This document shows, piece by piece, positions 10,640 to 24,086 of a stretch of 64,000 nucleotides of DNA. Source of the DNA: an uncultured SAR86 cluster bacterium (GTDB taxonomy: Bacteria; Pseudomonadota; Gammaproteobacteria; Magnimaribacterales; D2472). The DNA lies in the NCBI GenBank assembly GCA_902515155.1, contig CABXTT010000002.1:14409-78408 (forward strand), read 5' to 3'. Every line of letters begins with the position of its first letter. Position 1 is the stretch's first letter. Made by a program: the position numbers and the translations under genes. The notes under the pieces are model-generated. The model searched no databases, was not told the DNA's origin, and worked only from the letters and a program-made list of their open reading frames with translations.

Positions 10640-10715
10640 GTAAATTCATTAACTTATGCTGTAGATATCTTGTTAATTTTTTAATAGACTAGTTGATAAA
10701 TAAGAGGAGAACAGA

Positions 10716-12011
10716 TTGGAATTTTGGAATAAATGTTCAGAAAGCTTAGAAAATAAACTTTCACAAGACGATTTTAACACCTGGATTAGACCACTAAAAG
10801 CAAATTTAAAAGAAAATACATTAGAGCTTGTCGCTCCAAATGACTTTATTTTAAATTATGTAGAGTCAAATCTTGCAGATGATATAAACAATATAGTAAA
10901 AAAACAAACCAAAAAAGACATAAATCTTATTTTTAAAACACATACAAAAGAAACATTTGTCGATAAATATAAAAACGGCAACAAATCAGAAGATACAAAA
11001 CTTGTTAAATCCTATATTTTTGATACTTTTGTTGAAGGAAAGTCAAACCATTTAGCTCTCGCTGCATCCAAACAGGTTGCATCTAATCCAAAAGGTGATT
11101 ACAACCCATTATTTATTTATGGCGGGGTTGGCCTTGGCAAAACGCACCTTATGCACGCTGTTGGGAACGAGATCCTACAAAACGAACCAAACAAAAGAAT
11201 TGTTTATGTGCATTCAGAAAAATTTGTATCAGATATGGTTAAAGCACTTCAACTGGGAGCTATGAATGAGTTTAAGTCTTTTTATAGGAATGCTGACGCA
11301 TTATTAATTGATGATATACAGTTTTTTGCAGGCAAAGAACAATCCCAAGAGGAGTTTTTTCACACTTTTAATGCGCTTCTCGATAGAAATAATCAAATGA
11401 TACTTACTTGTGATAAGTATCCCAAAGAGATAGATGGGCTTGAAGAAAGATTAAAGTCCAGACTTGGTTGGGGACTGCCTGTTGTTATAGACCCACCAGA
11501 ACTTGAAACAAGAGCAGCTGTTCTATTGCAAAAAGCCTCATCAATGGGGGTTGAACTCCCAAGTGATTGCGCCATTTATATAGCGCAACGAATAAGATCA
11601 AATATAAGGGAGCTTGAGGGGGCGCTTAAAAGGGTTGTTGCAAATGCCCGATTTACCAACCAATCAATAGACTTGGCTCTTGTAAAGGACGCACTTAAAG
11701 ATCTTTTTGTTATATCTGCAAAAATGGTAAGCATTGAAAACATACAAAAAACCGTAGCTGAATATTATAATATTAAGCTTTCAGACCTACTTTCAAAAAG
11801 AAGAAGCAGATCTATAACAAGACCTCGCCAGCTTGCAATGGCTTTAACAAAAGACTTAACCAGGCACAGCCTTCCTGAAATAGGCGAAGCTTTTAATGGA
11901 AGAGATCATACTACTGTCTTGCACGCATGTAAGAAAATAGCTGAACTTAGAAAAGAAAGCCCTTCTCACGAAGAGGACTACAGAAACCTTAACAGGGCAC
12001 TTACAAACTAG
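10716..12011 (+). CDS. dnaA: Chromosomal replication initiator DnaA
   Basis: 431-aa ORF with AAA+ Walker A (GGVGLGKTHL) and a C-terminal DNA-binding domain (GRDHTTVLHACKKI). The TTG start is preceded by a strong SD (AAGAGGAG, 6-nt spacing). Confidence 0.97.
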   Translation: MEFWNKCSESLENKLSQDDFNTWIRPLKANLKENTLELVAPNDFILNYVESNLADDINNIVKKQTKKDINLIFKTHTKETFVDKYKNGNKSEDTKLVKSYIFDTFVEGKSNHLALAASKQVASNPKGDYNPLFIYGGVGLGKTHLMHAVGNEILQNEPNKRIVYVHSEKFVSDMVKALQLGAMNEFKSFYRNADALLIDDIQFFAGKEQSQEEFFHTFNALLDRNNQMILTCDKYPKEIDGLEERLKSRLGWGLPVVIDPPELETRAAVLLQKASSMGVELPSDCAIYIAQRIRSNIRELEGALKRVVANARFTNQSIDLALVKDALKDLFVISAKMVSIENIQKTVAEYYNIKLSDLLSKRRSRSITRPRQLAMALTKDLTRHSLPEIGEAFNGRDHTTVLHACKKIAELRKESPSHEEDYRNLNRALTN

Positions 12012-12012
12012 A

Positions 12013-13116
12013 ATGGATTTTTATATAAGCAAAGAAGAGGTTGTAAAATCTCTCAATTCAACTCTTGGCGTCGTTGAAAAAAGACAAACACTTCCAATTC
12101 TGGCAAATGTTTTGTTTGAGGTTGATGAATCTTCTTTAAGACTCACCGCAACAGACCTAGAATCAGAAATATCTACAATATCCACAATATCTAATTTTAA
12201 AAGCGGCGGTAAGATAACTGCGCCTGCAAAAAAATTAAGTGAATTATGTAGGCTGTTTAGTGACTCTTCAGAAATCCATTTCTTTTTAGATGGCGACAAT
12301 TTGAGAATTGAAACAGACTCAGGTAAATATAATTTAGCTACATTACCAAGCGAAGATTTTCCAGTATTTGAAAAAGAAAAAAATAGCAACACAATCAACA
12401 TTACTGCTCAAAACTTAAAGTCATTAATAAGCAAAACCTCTTTTGCAATGGGCAATCAGGATTGGAGGCACTATTTAAATGGACTTTATATAACCGTTGA
12501 AGACACATCAATAACAAGTGTTGCAACAGATGCTCATAGACTCGCGATGTCTACCTTGGGAATAAACGAGGCCGCTCCTGAGATAATTACTGGTATTGTT
12601 CCACGCAAATCTATAAATGAGATTGGAAAACTGGTTGGAGACTCATCAGAAAATATATTGCTTCAAATCGGATCAAGCTCAATAAATGTTGACATTTCAG
12701 GCACAACTTTTTCCAGCAAACTCATTGAAGGAAAATTTCCTGATTATCAACAGGTTATACCTTCAGGAGATAGTTCTACCTTGACTATAAATAAAAAGTC
12801 CTTTTCGGAGAGCTTAAGCAGAGTGAGCGTCCTCTCAAGTGAAAAATTTAGAGGAGTCAGAATCATTACTTCTGAGAACTCGATAAACATTTCTGCAAAT
12901 AATCCTGAAAAAGAACAAGCAGAAGAGTCTGTTGATTGCTCCTACAAGGGCGAGCCTATGGATATTGCATTTAATGTAAATTATCTTCAAGAAATACTCT
13001 CGTCAATAGATGAAACAAATGTAGACATACATTTTTTTGGGTCTGATAAGAGCTGTTTAATAACAAATCCTGGGTCTGATAGTTATAAATATGTTGTAAT
13101 GCCTCTTCTTATATAG
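12013..13116 (+). CDS. dnaN: DNA polymerase III beta sliding clamp
   Basis: 367-aa ORF that begins 1 nt after the dnaA stop. The sequence is typical of the beta clamp family. Confidence 0.95.
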   Translation: MDFYISKEEVVKSLNSTLGVVEKRQTLPILANVLFEVDESSLRLTATDLESEISTISTISNFKSGGKITAPAKKLSELCRLFSDSSEIHFFLDGDNLRIETDSGKYNLATLPSEDFPVFEKEKNSNTINITAQNLKSLISKTSFAMGNQDWRHYLNGLYITVEDTSITSVATDAHRLAMSTLGINEAAPEIITGIVPRKSINEIGKLVGDSSENILLQIGSSSINVDISGTTFSSKLIEGKFPDYQQVIPSGDSSTLTINKKSFSESLSRVSVLSSEKFRGVRIITSENSINISANNPEKEQAEESVDCSYKGEPMDIAFNVNYLQEILSSIDETNVDIHFFGSDKSCLITNPGSDSYKYVVMPLLI

Positions 13117-13135
13117 TTAGTGATATCAAGAACCA

Positions 13136-13155
13136 TGGGTACATTAATGTACCCA
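13136..13155. repeat. 20-bp perfect palindrome TGGGTACATTAATGTACCCA between dnaN and recF
   Basis: The sequence equals its own reverse complement. It sits 20 nt after the dnaN stop and 20 nt before the recF ATG. A T6 run follows 8 nt later. Confidence 0.6.
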
Positions 13156-13174
13156 CAAGTCATTTTTTGTACTC

Positions 13175-16874
<3,700 letters not shown>

Positions 16875-16877
16875 TAA

Positions 16878-18227
16878 TTAATCATTAATAATTTGCATTA
16901 AATAGGCAGGTAGATCTTCAATTTGAATCCTTTTCTGTTCCATAGTATCTCTGTCTCTTACTGTTGCTGAGTTATCTTCAAGGCTTTCAAAGTCAATAGT
17001 AATGCACATTGGCGTCCCAATTTCATCATGTCTTCTGTAGCCTTTTCCTATATTGCCTGAATTTTCTAATACAATCCTACCCAAATTAAGTTTCTGGAGC
17101 TTTGTTTTAAGATTTGCGGCTAACTTTACTAAATCTTCGTTATTTTTTTTGAGTGGTATTACAGCTGCCTTTACTGGCGACAAATGAGGCCTTAATTTAA
17201 GAACAGTTCTCTCCTTTCCATCTTTAAGTTGCTCAACATTATATGCTTCATTAATAATCGCAAGAATCCCTCTTTCTACGCCTGCAGAAGGCTCTATTAC
17301 ATATGGTACTAGCCATTTTTTACTTTCATTATCTTGAATTGCTAGTCTAGAATTAGAAGACTTATTTTCTATTACTTTCGCAGTGATGTTTAGATCTTCC
17401 TGATTTTTAGTATGTGAGCCTAAATCAAAATCAGTTCTATTTGCAATACCCTCAAGTTCCTCAAGTCCATGTGGAAATTTATACATCACATCTACTGTCC
17501 TTTTAGAATAATGCGCTAGCTCATCTTTAGGAACTTCATATAACTCTATGCTTTCCATGGGTACTCCTTGTTGTACCCACCAATCTAGTCTTTTTTGTAC
17601 CCATGATTCATGCCATTTTTCATCAGTCCCTGGTTTTACAAAAAATTCAAGTTCCATTTGTTCAAATTCTCTTACTCTAAAAATAAAATTACGCGGTGTA
17701 ATTTCATTTCTAAAGGCTTTACCAATTTGAGCTATCCCAAAAGGCAAGGATTTAGAGGTTGAATCCACGATATTTTTAAAATTCGTAAATATACTTTGAG
17801 CGGTTTCGGGCCTTAAATAACCAAAGCTTGTTCCATCATCAATAGGACCAACATTAGTTTTAAACATTAAATTAAACTGTCTAGGTTCAGTTAAGTCCTC
17901 TTCTTTACAGTGTTCAGGAACTTGGTCTGCTCTAAACCTTAAATTACAAGATTTACAGTCAACCATTGGGTCCGAAAAGGTATCTTCATGCCCAGATTGT
18001 TTCAATATTGAAGGATTTGTTAAAATTGCAGCATCTAAACCCTCTATATTATCATTCTCATAGATCATAGAGCTCCACCAAGAGTGTTTTAAGTTATTTT
18101 TTAACTCAACCCCAAGAGGGCCAAAATCGTACATTCCCTGCAAACCGCCATAAATTTCTCCAGATTGGAATATAAAACCTCTTCTTTTACATAAAGAAAC
18201 CAGATCTTCCATACTTTTAGCTGTCAA
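16878..18227 (-). CDS. glyQS: Glycine--tRNA ligase, single-chain homodimeric (alpha2, GlyQS) type
   Basis: 449-aa ORF. The N-terminus ([37 protein letters not shown]) and later [25 protein letters not shown] are characteristic of alpha2 class II GlyRS. Confidence 0.95.
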   Translation of the reverse strand: MTAKSMEDLVSLCKRRGFIFQSGEIYGGLQGMYDFGPLGVELKNNLKHSWWSSMIYENDNIEGLDAAILTNPSILKQSGHEDTFSDPMVDCKSCNLRFRADQVPEHCKEEDLTEPRQFNLMFKTNVGPIDDGTSFGYLRPETAQSIFTNFKNIVDSTSKSLPFGIAQIGKAFRNEITPRNFIFRVREFEQMELEFFVKPGTDEKWHESWVQKRLDWWVQQGVPMESIELYEVPKDELAHYSKRTVDVMYKFPHGLEELEGIANRTDFDLGSHTKNQEDLNITAKVIENKSSNSRLAIQDNESKKWLVPYVIEPSAGVERGILAIINEAYNVEQLKDGKERTVLKLRPHLSPVKAAVIPLKKNNEDLVKLAANLKTKLQKLNLGRIVLENSGNIGKGYRRHDEIGTPMCITIDFESLEDNSATVRDRDTMEQKRIQIEDLPAYLMQIIND

Positions 18228-18357
18228 TACACACCTCTTTTATTTTTTTAAAAGTAACAAATGTCTTGTTACAATGATTATTGTATTTAATAAGAAATAA
18301 ACCTATATTATCAGTATTATTCTAGATTATATAACAACGAGCGTATAAGTAATCATT

Positions 18358-19221
18358 ATGAAGACTTTATTTTACTTAATAACTTTATTGCCAATAGAAA
18401 TTGTGAGGTTTAGTGTAAAACTCTATTGTAGTTTAGGTTTTTACAAGATGAATTCTTCTTATAAAGTATCATTGGTAAACATCAACATTTGTTATCCAGA
18501 TCTAAGCGAAACTGAAAAGCTTGTTTTGGCACGAGATAGCATAGTTGAAACAATAGTAAGTGGTTATGAAACCTTACAATCTTGGTCAAGACCAATACAC
18601 AAATCAGGCGATAGGATATTCAAAGTCGAAAATAATTTTTTACTTTCTCAAAACATCTTAGCTAGCGAGGGCTTGATTATTGTAGCAATTCACAATAGGA
18701 GCGTTGATATGTTACTAAAGTGGGTTAATGGAAAAACTAGAACAACAACTTTATATAAAAAGGTTAAAAACAAAAAGCTAGATCATTTTGTTAGAGCCCA
18801 GAGAGAGGAGGGAAATAACAAAACTTTTGAAACAAATATTTCTGGTGTTAGACAGATATATAAAGCTTTGATTTCTAAAAAGGTTGTATGCCTTGCCGCA
18901 GATCAAGTGCCACAAAATAATATGGGCGAGTACATAAAATTGTTTAATAGAGATGCCTATACAACTACTCTTGCGCCCTCCCTAGCTATCAAAACAAACA
19001 AGCCAGTAATATATTTTTGTATAAATTCATATAAGAATTCTCTTTTATCAATAAGTATTAATCCTTGTAATAAAGATATTTACAAAGATAGTAAGCACAA
19101 ACTATCTTTGAATAAAGATATTGAAAAACTTATAAATATTAATCCCAAGGATTACTCTTGGGAATATAAAAGATACAAGAAGCCCCCTCAAGGAGTTAAG
19201 AATCCGTATGAAGGTATTTAG
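18358..19221 (+). CDS. Lipid A late (lauroyl/myristoyl) acyltransferase family protein (LpxL/HtrB-like)
   Basis: 287-aa ORF with an N-terminal hydrophobic segment. Overall resemblance and size fit the HtrB/LpxL family. It occupies the same relative position as htrB in Pseudomonas-type origin regions (from memory). Confidence 0.65.
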   Translation: MKTLFYLITLLPIEIVRFSVKLYCSLGFYKMNSSYKVSLVNINICYPDLSETEKLVLARDSIVETIVSGYETLQSWSRPIHKSGDRIFKVENNFLLSQNILASEGLIIVAIHNRSVDMLLKWVNGKTRTTTLYKKVKNKKLDHFVRAQREEGNNKTFETNISGVRQIYKALISKKVVCLAADQVPQNNMGEYIKLFNRDAYTTTLAPSLAIKTNKPVIYFCINSYKNSLLSISINPCNKDIYKDSKHKLSLNKDIEKLININPKDYSWEYKRYKKPPQGVKNPYEGI

Positions 19222-20655
19222 CTACTTTCTCCAAAATAACGGAGTGAGCAAAACTAGCAATGCAAATATTTCTAGTCTACCTAAAATCATAGCAAAAGCT
19301 AAAATAGCTTTACCAGTGGAAGATACAGATTCATAAGTTTGCGATACTTCGCCTAGACCAGGACCTAAGTTATTAAGACATGCTCCAATTGCTGAAAAAG
19401 ATGACTCAAAATCGAGACCTGTTACCAAAAGCGCCAGAAGTAATATTACAAATGAGATGACGTAAATAGAAAAGAAACCCCATACTGAAGCTGCAACATC
19501 TGGCTCTACATTTTTAGTTCCTATTTTTAAAGAAATAACCGCATTAGGGTGAACCATCTTCATTAAATTAATATATGCATAATTTATCATTATTAGAACC
19601 CTCCATGACTTAACACCGCCACCAACTGACCCAGAGCATGCACCTATAAAGGCGCCTATTAAAAATAAAAATCCTATTGACGGAGACCAATCTGATGAGT
19701 TTCCAATAGAAAAACCGGTTGTAGTGATAATTGAAACAGAATGAAATAGAAGATCTCTTGCCGAAGCACTTCTATCACCAGCAAAAAAGTTGATACATAA
19801 AGAAATGACAAATAAAAATATTATTATTGATATAAAAAATCTTAGCTCTGGATCATAAAAGTATTTAAGAGGTTTTTTTAGAGACAAGGCAAAATAGTGA
19901 AGTGTAAAACTAAGGGCTGAAAGCAGCATAAAGACTATACATATAATCTCAACAAAAAGACTATCAAAGTAACCTATACTTTGGTCATGTGTAGAAAATC
20001 CGCCTATAGAAACTGTACTCATGCTATGGGATATAGCATCAAATGAGCTCATTCCACTGAAATAGTATAAAAAAGCACACAAAATTGTAAGACCAAAATA
20101 TATAACCCAAAGCGCTTTAGCCGTATCTTTAAGCCTAGGAGTGAACTTATTATCATTCATAGCTCCGGGTATTTCTGTTTTATAAAGCTGACCACCGCCA
20201 ATGCCTAACATTGGCATTACTGCTGTTGCCAGAACTATTAAACCCATTCCTCCCATCCATTGAAGTAATTGCCTGTAAAATAATAAAGATTCAGGCAAGG
20301 AGTCAAGCCCAGTAATTACTGTTGCACCAGTAGTAGTTATACCAGACATTGATTCAAAGAAAGAATCAATATATGACATCCCACTTAATATAAATGGAAT
20401 AGAGCCAGCAACTGCCAAAACTAACCAAAACATTGTTACAAGAATAAAGCCATCTTTCTGACCTAGATCTTCAGATGCTCCTTTTGAAAAAAACCATCCA
20501 AAAAAGCCAACTAAAAAGACAAAAAGAAATGTACTTAGAAAAATAGATAAACCAGAATCTTTAAAAACTATTGATACAACAGCTGGAAATAGAAAAGATA
20601 TGCTAAAAAACATAACTAAGATGCTAAATAAATTAATTAATGGTTTTGGGTTCAT
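19222..20655 (-). CDS. trkH: Trk-type potassium uptake protein TrkH
   Basis: 477-aa polytopic membrane ORF with repeated pore-loop-like GG motifs (TTTGAT, IGGFST, TTTGFS). It is adjacent to trkA with a 1-nt overlap. Confidence 0.9.
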   Translation of the reverse strand: MNPKPLINLFSILVMFFSISFLFPAVVSIVFKDSGLSIFLSTFLFVFLVGFFGWFFSKGASEDLGQKDGFILVTMFWLVLAVAGSIPFILSGMSYIDSFFESMSGITTTGATVITGLDSLPESLLFYRQLLQWMGGMGLIVLATAVMPMLGIGGGQLYKTEIPGAMNDNKFTPRLKDTAKALWVIYFGLTILCAFLYYFSGMSSFDAISHSMSTVSIGGFSTHDQSIGYFDSLFVEIICIVFMLLSALSFTLHYFALSLKKPLKYFYDPELRFFISIIIFLFVISLCINFFAGDRSASARDLLFHSVSIITTTGFSIGNSSDWSPSIGFLFLIGAFIGACSGSVGGGVKSWRVLIMINYAYINLMKMVHPNAVISLKIGTKNVEPDVAASVWGFFSIYVISFVILLLALLVTGLDFESSFSAIGACLNNLGPGLGEVSQTYESVSSTGKAILAFAMILGRLEIFALLVLLTPLFWRK

Positions 20656-22010
20656 TAGCTAGATTTAAAAAGAGCCTCTACTTCATTTACCATATTCTTA
20701 TCTGATAAAAATATAATTAAATGGTCATTAAGCGATAGTTCTACGTTTGAACTTGGCATAATAAGCTCTCCATGCCTCACAACAGCTCCAACAGATGCCC
20801 CATCTGGTAAAGGTATTTCTTTAATTGGTAACCCAAATAAGCTAGAAGTATATTCATTAGCATGAACAATTCCTTCTATTGCTTCTGCACCTGTATCCAT
20901 TTTAAGCATTACATCCTGAGCTACGTCACTCTCTCTGAGATCTTGAAGCACGGAAGAGACTGTAAGCCTGTAAGGCGCTATATAGATATCGATAAATCCT
21001 GGAACTAAACCAAGATATGAGGGATTATTTAAAATGATCATAGTTTTTTTAGCCCCCATTTTCTTAGCTAGCAATGAAGACATGACATTTGTCTCATCAT
21101 CATTAGTTAATGCACAAAATATGTCAATATTTGATATGTTTTCACTCTTCAAGAGCACTTCATCTGTTGCAGAACCATTTAAGACAATGGTTTTTTCAAG
21201 TTTCTTAGATAAATCACTACATTTTTCCATATTTGAATCTATTAGCTTAACTTTGTATGACTTTTCTAGCTCTTTTGCTAATGATGAACCTACTTTTCCA
21301 CCACCCACTATCATAATTCTGGAATAAGACTCCTCATGATCTCTAAACTCGTCTACTATTGATCCGATGTCTGTTTCTGATGAAATAAAGTAGATCTCAT
21401 CATTTTCTTTAATTATAGTGTCGCCTGATGGAATAAATGGCTTACCTTTCCTATATATTGCCGGAATGAAAGAATCAACGTTTGGCATGTCATCTTTTAT
21501 CTCTTTTAGTTCTCTGCCAACAAGTTTTCCTTTCTTTTTAGTCTTTACTGAAACTAATTTAACCTTACCATCAGCAAATTCTTCAATTTGGTGAGCTCCG
21601 GGATGTTTAATAAGCTCTATGAGATGAGACGTTACTTCTTTTTCAGGACTTATAGGAATATCAATTATGCCATCACCAAAAATATCTAATCGGTTTATAT
21701 ACTCATCGTCCTTGAATCTGCAAATAGTTTTTTTAACATTAAATACTTTCTTAGCTATCTGACAAGCGATTATATTAACTTCGTCATTTGATGTAACAGC
21801 TATTACAATCGTCTGATCGTCTAGACCAGATTTTGTGAGTGTATGTAGTTGTGATGCATGACCGTGAACAGTCATTATATCCAACTTTCCTTCAAGGTCG
21901 GAAAGCCTTTCTATATTCTGATCAACAATTGAAACTTCGTAGTTTCTTGTTGATAAGTTTCTTGCTAGACTGCCACCAATTCGACCAGCGCCTAGTATTA
22001 CTATTTTCAT
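20655..22010 (-). CDS. trkA: Trk system potassium uptake protein TrkA
   Basis: 451-aa ORF with two Rossmann RCK-N domains (MKIVILGAGRIGGSLA and IMIVGGGKVGSSLA). Confidence 0.9.
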   Translation of the reverse strand: MKIVILGAGRIGGSLARNLSTRNYEVSIVDQNIERLSDLEGKLDIMTVHGHASQLHTLTKSGLDDQTIVIAVTSNDEVNIIACQIAKKVFNVKKTICRFKDDEYINRLDIFGDGIIDIPISPEKEVTSHLIELIKHPGAHQIEEFADGKVKLVSVKTKKKGKLVGRELKEIKDDMPNVDSFIPAIYRKGKPFIPSGDTIIKENDEIYFISSETDIGSIVDEFRDHEESYSRIMIVGGGKVGSSLAKELEKSYKVKLIDSNMEKCSDLSKKLEKTIVLNGSATDEVLLKSENISNIDIFCALTNDDETNVMSSLLAKKMGAKKTMIILNNPSYLGLVPGFIDIYIAPYRLTVSSVLQDLRESDVAQDVMLKMDTGAEAIEGIVHANEYTSSLFGLPIKEIPLPDGASVGAVVRHGELIMPSSNVELSLNDHLIIFLSDKNMVNEVEALFKSS

Positions 22011-22065
22011 AAAGAGTAAATTAAACCTCTTTTTAATGAATTAAAAGACTTGAAGCTAAAATAAA

Positions 22066-22989
22066 TTATGATGCAAAAAAATCTTTATATGCATTGAATG
22101 CATCATTTGAAGAAATAACATTTTTATTTGGAAACTGTAAGTAAGTGATTACTATCACACCATTAGCTGTTTTTATGTGTATGCCTGACTTATCAAATTT
22201 AATAATTTCTCCTGGCGCGGCATCAGATAAATGATCAGAAATATGCATTTTTGCTATTTTAATGATATTTTTTTTATGTACAAAAGAGACTCCTGGCCAC
22301 TCATAATATGCTTTATATTTGTTAAAAATTGATTCAGAAGTATTATTAAAATCTAATAAAGAATCTGTTTTTTTAATTTTAGAACAGTACGAGGCAAGAT
22401 TATTGTTTTGTTTTTTTAATGAAAAATTACTCGAATAAACCTTCTTTAATACTTGATCAATCTTAGAAATTGCAAGGGCAGTTAAATCTTCTTCTAGCGA
22501 GTTTTTATTATGATCATCTTCTATCTTAATTTTAAAACTCCCAAGCACATCTCCTTCATCTAATTTTTCATTCATTTTCATAAAACTAACACCCGTATAA
22601 TTATCTCCATTAATTAAACTTGATTGTATTGGTGAGGCGCCTCTATACCTCGGCAGTAATGAGTAATGAATGTTTATTGGCATAATCTTAGGAAGCTCAA
22701 GTAACCAATTTGGAAGAATTTTTCCATATGCAGAAACAATTAAAATATCTACATCTAATTTCATTACTTTTTCTTTAAACTCTGGATTATTTAACTCTTC
22801 AGGCTTATATACGCATAGATTTAATGACTTTGCTTTCTCTGAAACAATTGATTGAAAGGCTTTCTTTCCTCGTTTCTTGGCTGCATCAGGCTTTGTGAGC
22901 ACGGCTTGTACCTTGTTAAGACTATTTTTGGTTAAATAATCTAGTATTTTGGCCGATGGATAAGGAGATCCAGCAAAAATTATATTCAT
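22066..22989 (-). CDS. fmt: Methionyl-tRNA formyltransferase
   Basis: 307-aa ORF. The N-terminus MNIIFAGSP and the HYSLLPRYRGASPIQ motif are typical of Fmt. It lies downstream of def. Confidence 0.95.
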   Translation of the reverse strand: MNIIFAGSPYPSAKILDYLTKNSLNKVQAVLTKPDAAKKRGKKAFQSIVSEKAKSLNLCVYKPEELNNPEFKEKVMKLDVDILIVSAYGKILPNWLLELPKIMPINIHYSLLPRYRGASPIQSSLINGDNYTGVSFMKMNEKLDEGDVLGSFKIKIEDDHNKNSLEEDLTALAISKIDQVLKKVYSSNFSLKKQNNNLASYCSKIKKTDSLLDFNNTSESIFNKYKAYYEWPGVSFVHKKNIIKIAKMHISDHLSDAAPGEIIKFDKSGIHIKTANGVIVITYLQFPNKNVISSNDAFNAYKDFFAS

Positions 22990-23025
22990 ATTTTCTCTTA
23001 AATTCTTATATATTCTGTTAATTTC

Positions 23026-23520
23026 TTATTTTGACAGCTTTTTTCGTATACGATCTCTTTTTAATGAGCTTAAATAGTCAACCATTAACTTGCCCTCCAA
23101 ATGGTCTATTTCATGTTGAATACATATTGTAAGAAGGCCTTTGGGCTTATCATTGTGTGTATTGCCATCTAAATCCTGCCATTTGAGATCTATTTTGTCA
23201 GGCCTAGTTATTTCCTCATTAAAGCCAGGAATTGATAAACAGCCTTCTTCATACGAACATGTAGAGTGATTATCAAGTATTTTGTATTCAGGATTAACAA
23301 AAAACATTGGTTCATTCCTTTTTTCACTAAGATCCATAACAATAAGTCTAATGTGATGATCTACTTGTGTTGCAGCTAGGCCAATGCCATTTTCTTCGTA
23401 CATAGTATGCAGCATATTTGATGCAAGATTTTGTAGACTTTTGTCGAATTTTGTAACCTTTTTAGCAACTTTCCTAAGCTTTGGATCAGGAAACATTAAT
23501 ATTTTTAATTTTTGTGTCAT
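23026..23520 (-). CDS. def: Peptide deformylase
   Basis: 164-aa ORF with the three PDF motifs (GIGLAATQV, EGCLSIPG, HEIDHLEG). Confidence 0.97.
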   Translation of the reverse strand: MTQKLKILMFPDPKLRKVAKKVTKFDKSLQNLASNMLHTMYEENGIGLAATQVDHHIRLIVMDLSEKRNEPMFFVNPEYKILDNHSTCSYEEGCLSIPGFNEEITRPDKIDLKWQDLDGNTHNDKPKGLLTICIQHEIDHLEGKLMVDYLSSLKRDRIRKKLSK

Positions 23521-23585
23521 AAAATACTATTTTTCTTTATAATTCATCAATTATAATCTACATATAACGTAACCACATAAAAATT

Positions 23586-24086
23586 ATGACAAATCAAACT
23601 ATAGAAGTAGCAGTTATTATGGGATCGGACTCAGATTTGCCTGTTGTAGAGGCAATTTTCCCAATTTTGGACTCATTTGGAGTCAAATTCACTAAAAATG
23701 TTATGTCTGCTCATAGAACACCTCATGAGGTAATGAATTTGATAAAAACATCAGAAGATAATGGTTGTAAGGTGTTTATAGCTGCAGCTGGTATGGCTGC
23801 TCACTTAGCTGGAGCTGTTGCGGCTCACTCCACAAGACCAGTAATTGGCATTCCAATTGAATCTGGTGGTATGGGTGGAATAGATTCTTTACTATCGACT
23901 GCAATGATGCCGCCTGGAGTTCCAGTTGCAACTGTGGCTGTTGGAAAAAGTGGCGCTAAAAATAGCGCAATATTAGCTGTTCAAATTTTGGCTACATCTA
24001 ATGAAGATCTTTCGCAAAAATTACATGATTATAAAAATAATATGAGGGAAGAAGTTCTTAAAAAAGATAAGGCTCTTAATTCATAA
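23586..24086 (+). CDS. purE: N5-carboxyaminoimidazole ribonucleotide mutase
   Basis: 166-aa ORF with typical PurE segments (VAVIMGSDSDLPV, SAHRTPH, AGMAAHLAG). Confidence 0.95.
   Translation: MTNQTIEVAVIMGSDSDLPVVEAIFPILDSFGVKFTKNVMSAHRTPHEVMNLIKTSEDNGCKVFIAAAGMAAHLAGAVAAHSTRPVIGIPIESGGMGGIDSLLSTAMMPPGVPVATVAVGKSGAKNSAILAVQILATSNEDLSQKLHDYKNNMREEVLKKDKALNS

Noticed and set aside
12021-12401. Long antisense ORFs inside well-supported genes. Examples: 126 aa opposite dnaN, 128 aa at 25651-26037 opposite aroE, 125 aa at 34250-34627 opposite ctaB/SCO1, 111 aa at 48306-48641 opposite xerC, 104 aa at 38260-38574 opposite pckA.
   Set aside because: Each lies fully within a gene whose product has clear family motifs. 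Their translations are low-complexity (Ser/Leu/Ile/Phe-rich) with no recognisable domains. Shadow ORFs in a fixed antisense phase are expected from codon structure.
18228-18357. T-box leader upstream of the Gram-positive-type glyQS, including the 7-bp inverted repeat GTAACAA-N5-TTGTTAC at 18254-18272.
   Set aside because: The whole divergent spacer is 130 bp. That is too short for a T-box (about 200+ nt), and no T-box consensus sequence is visible. The small hairpin alone is weak evidence.
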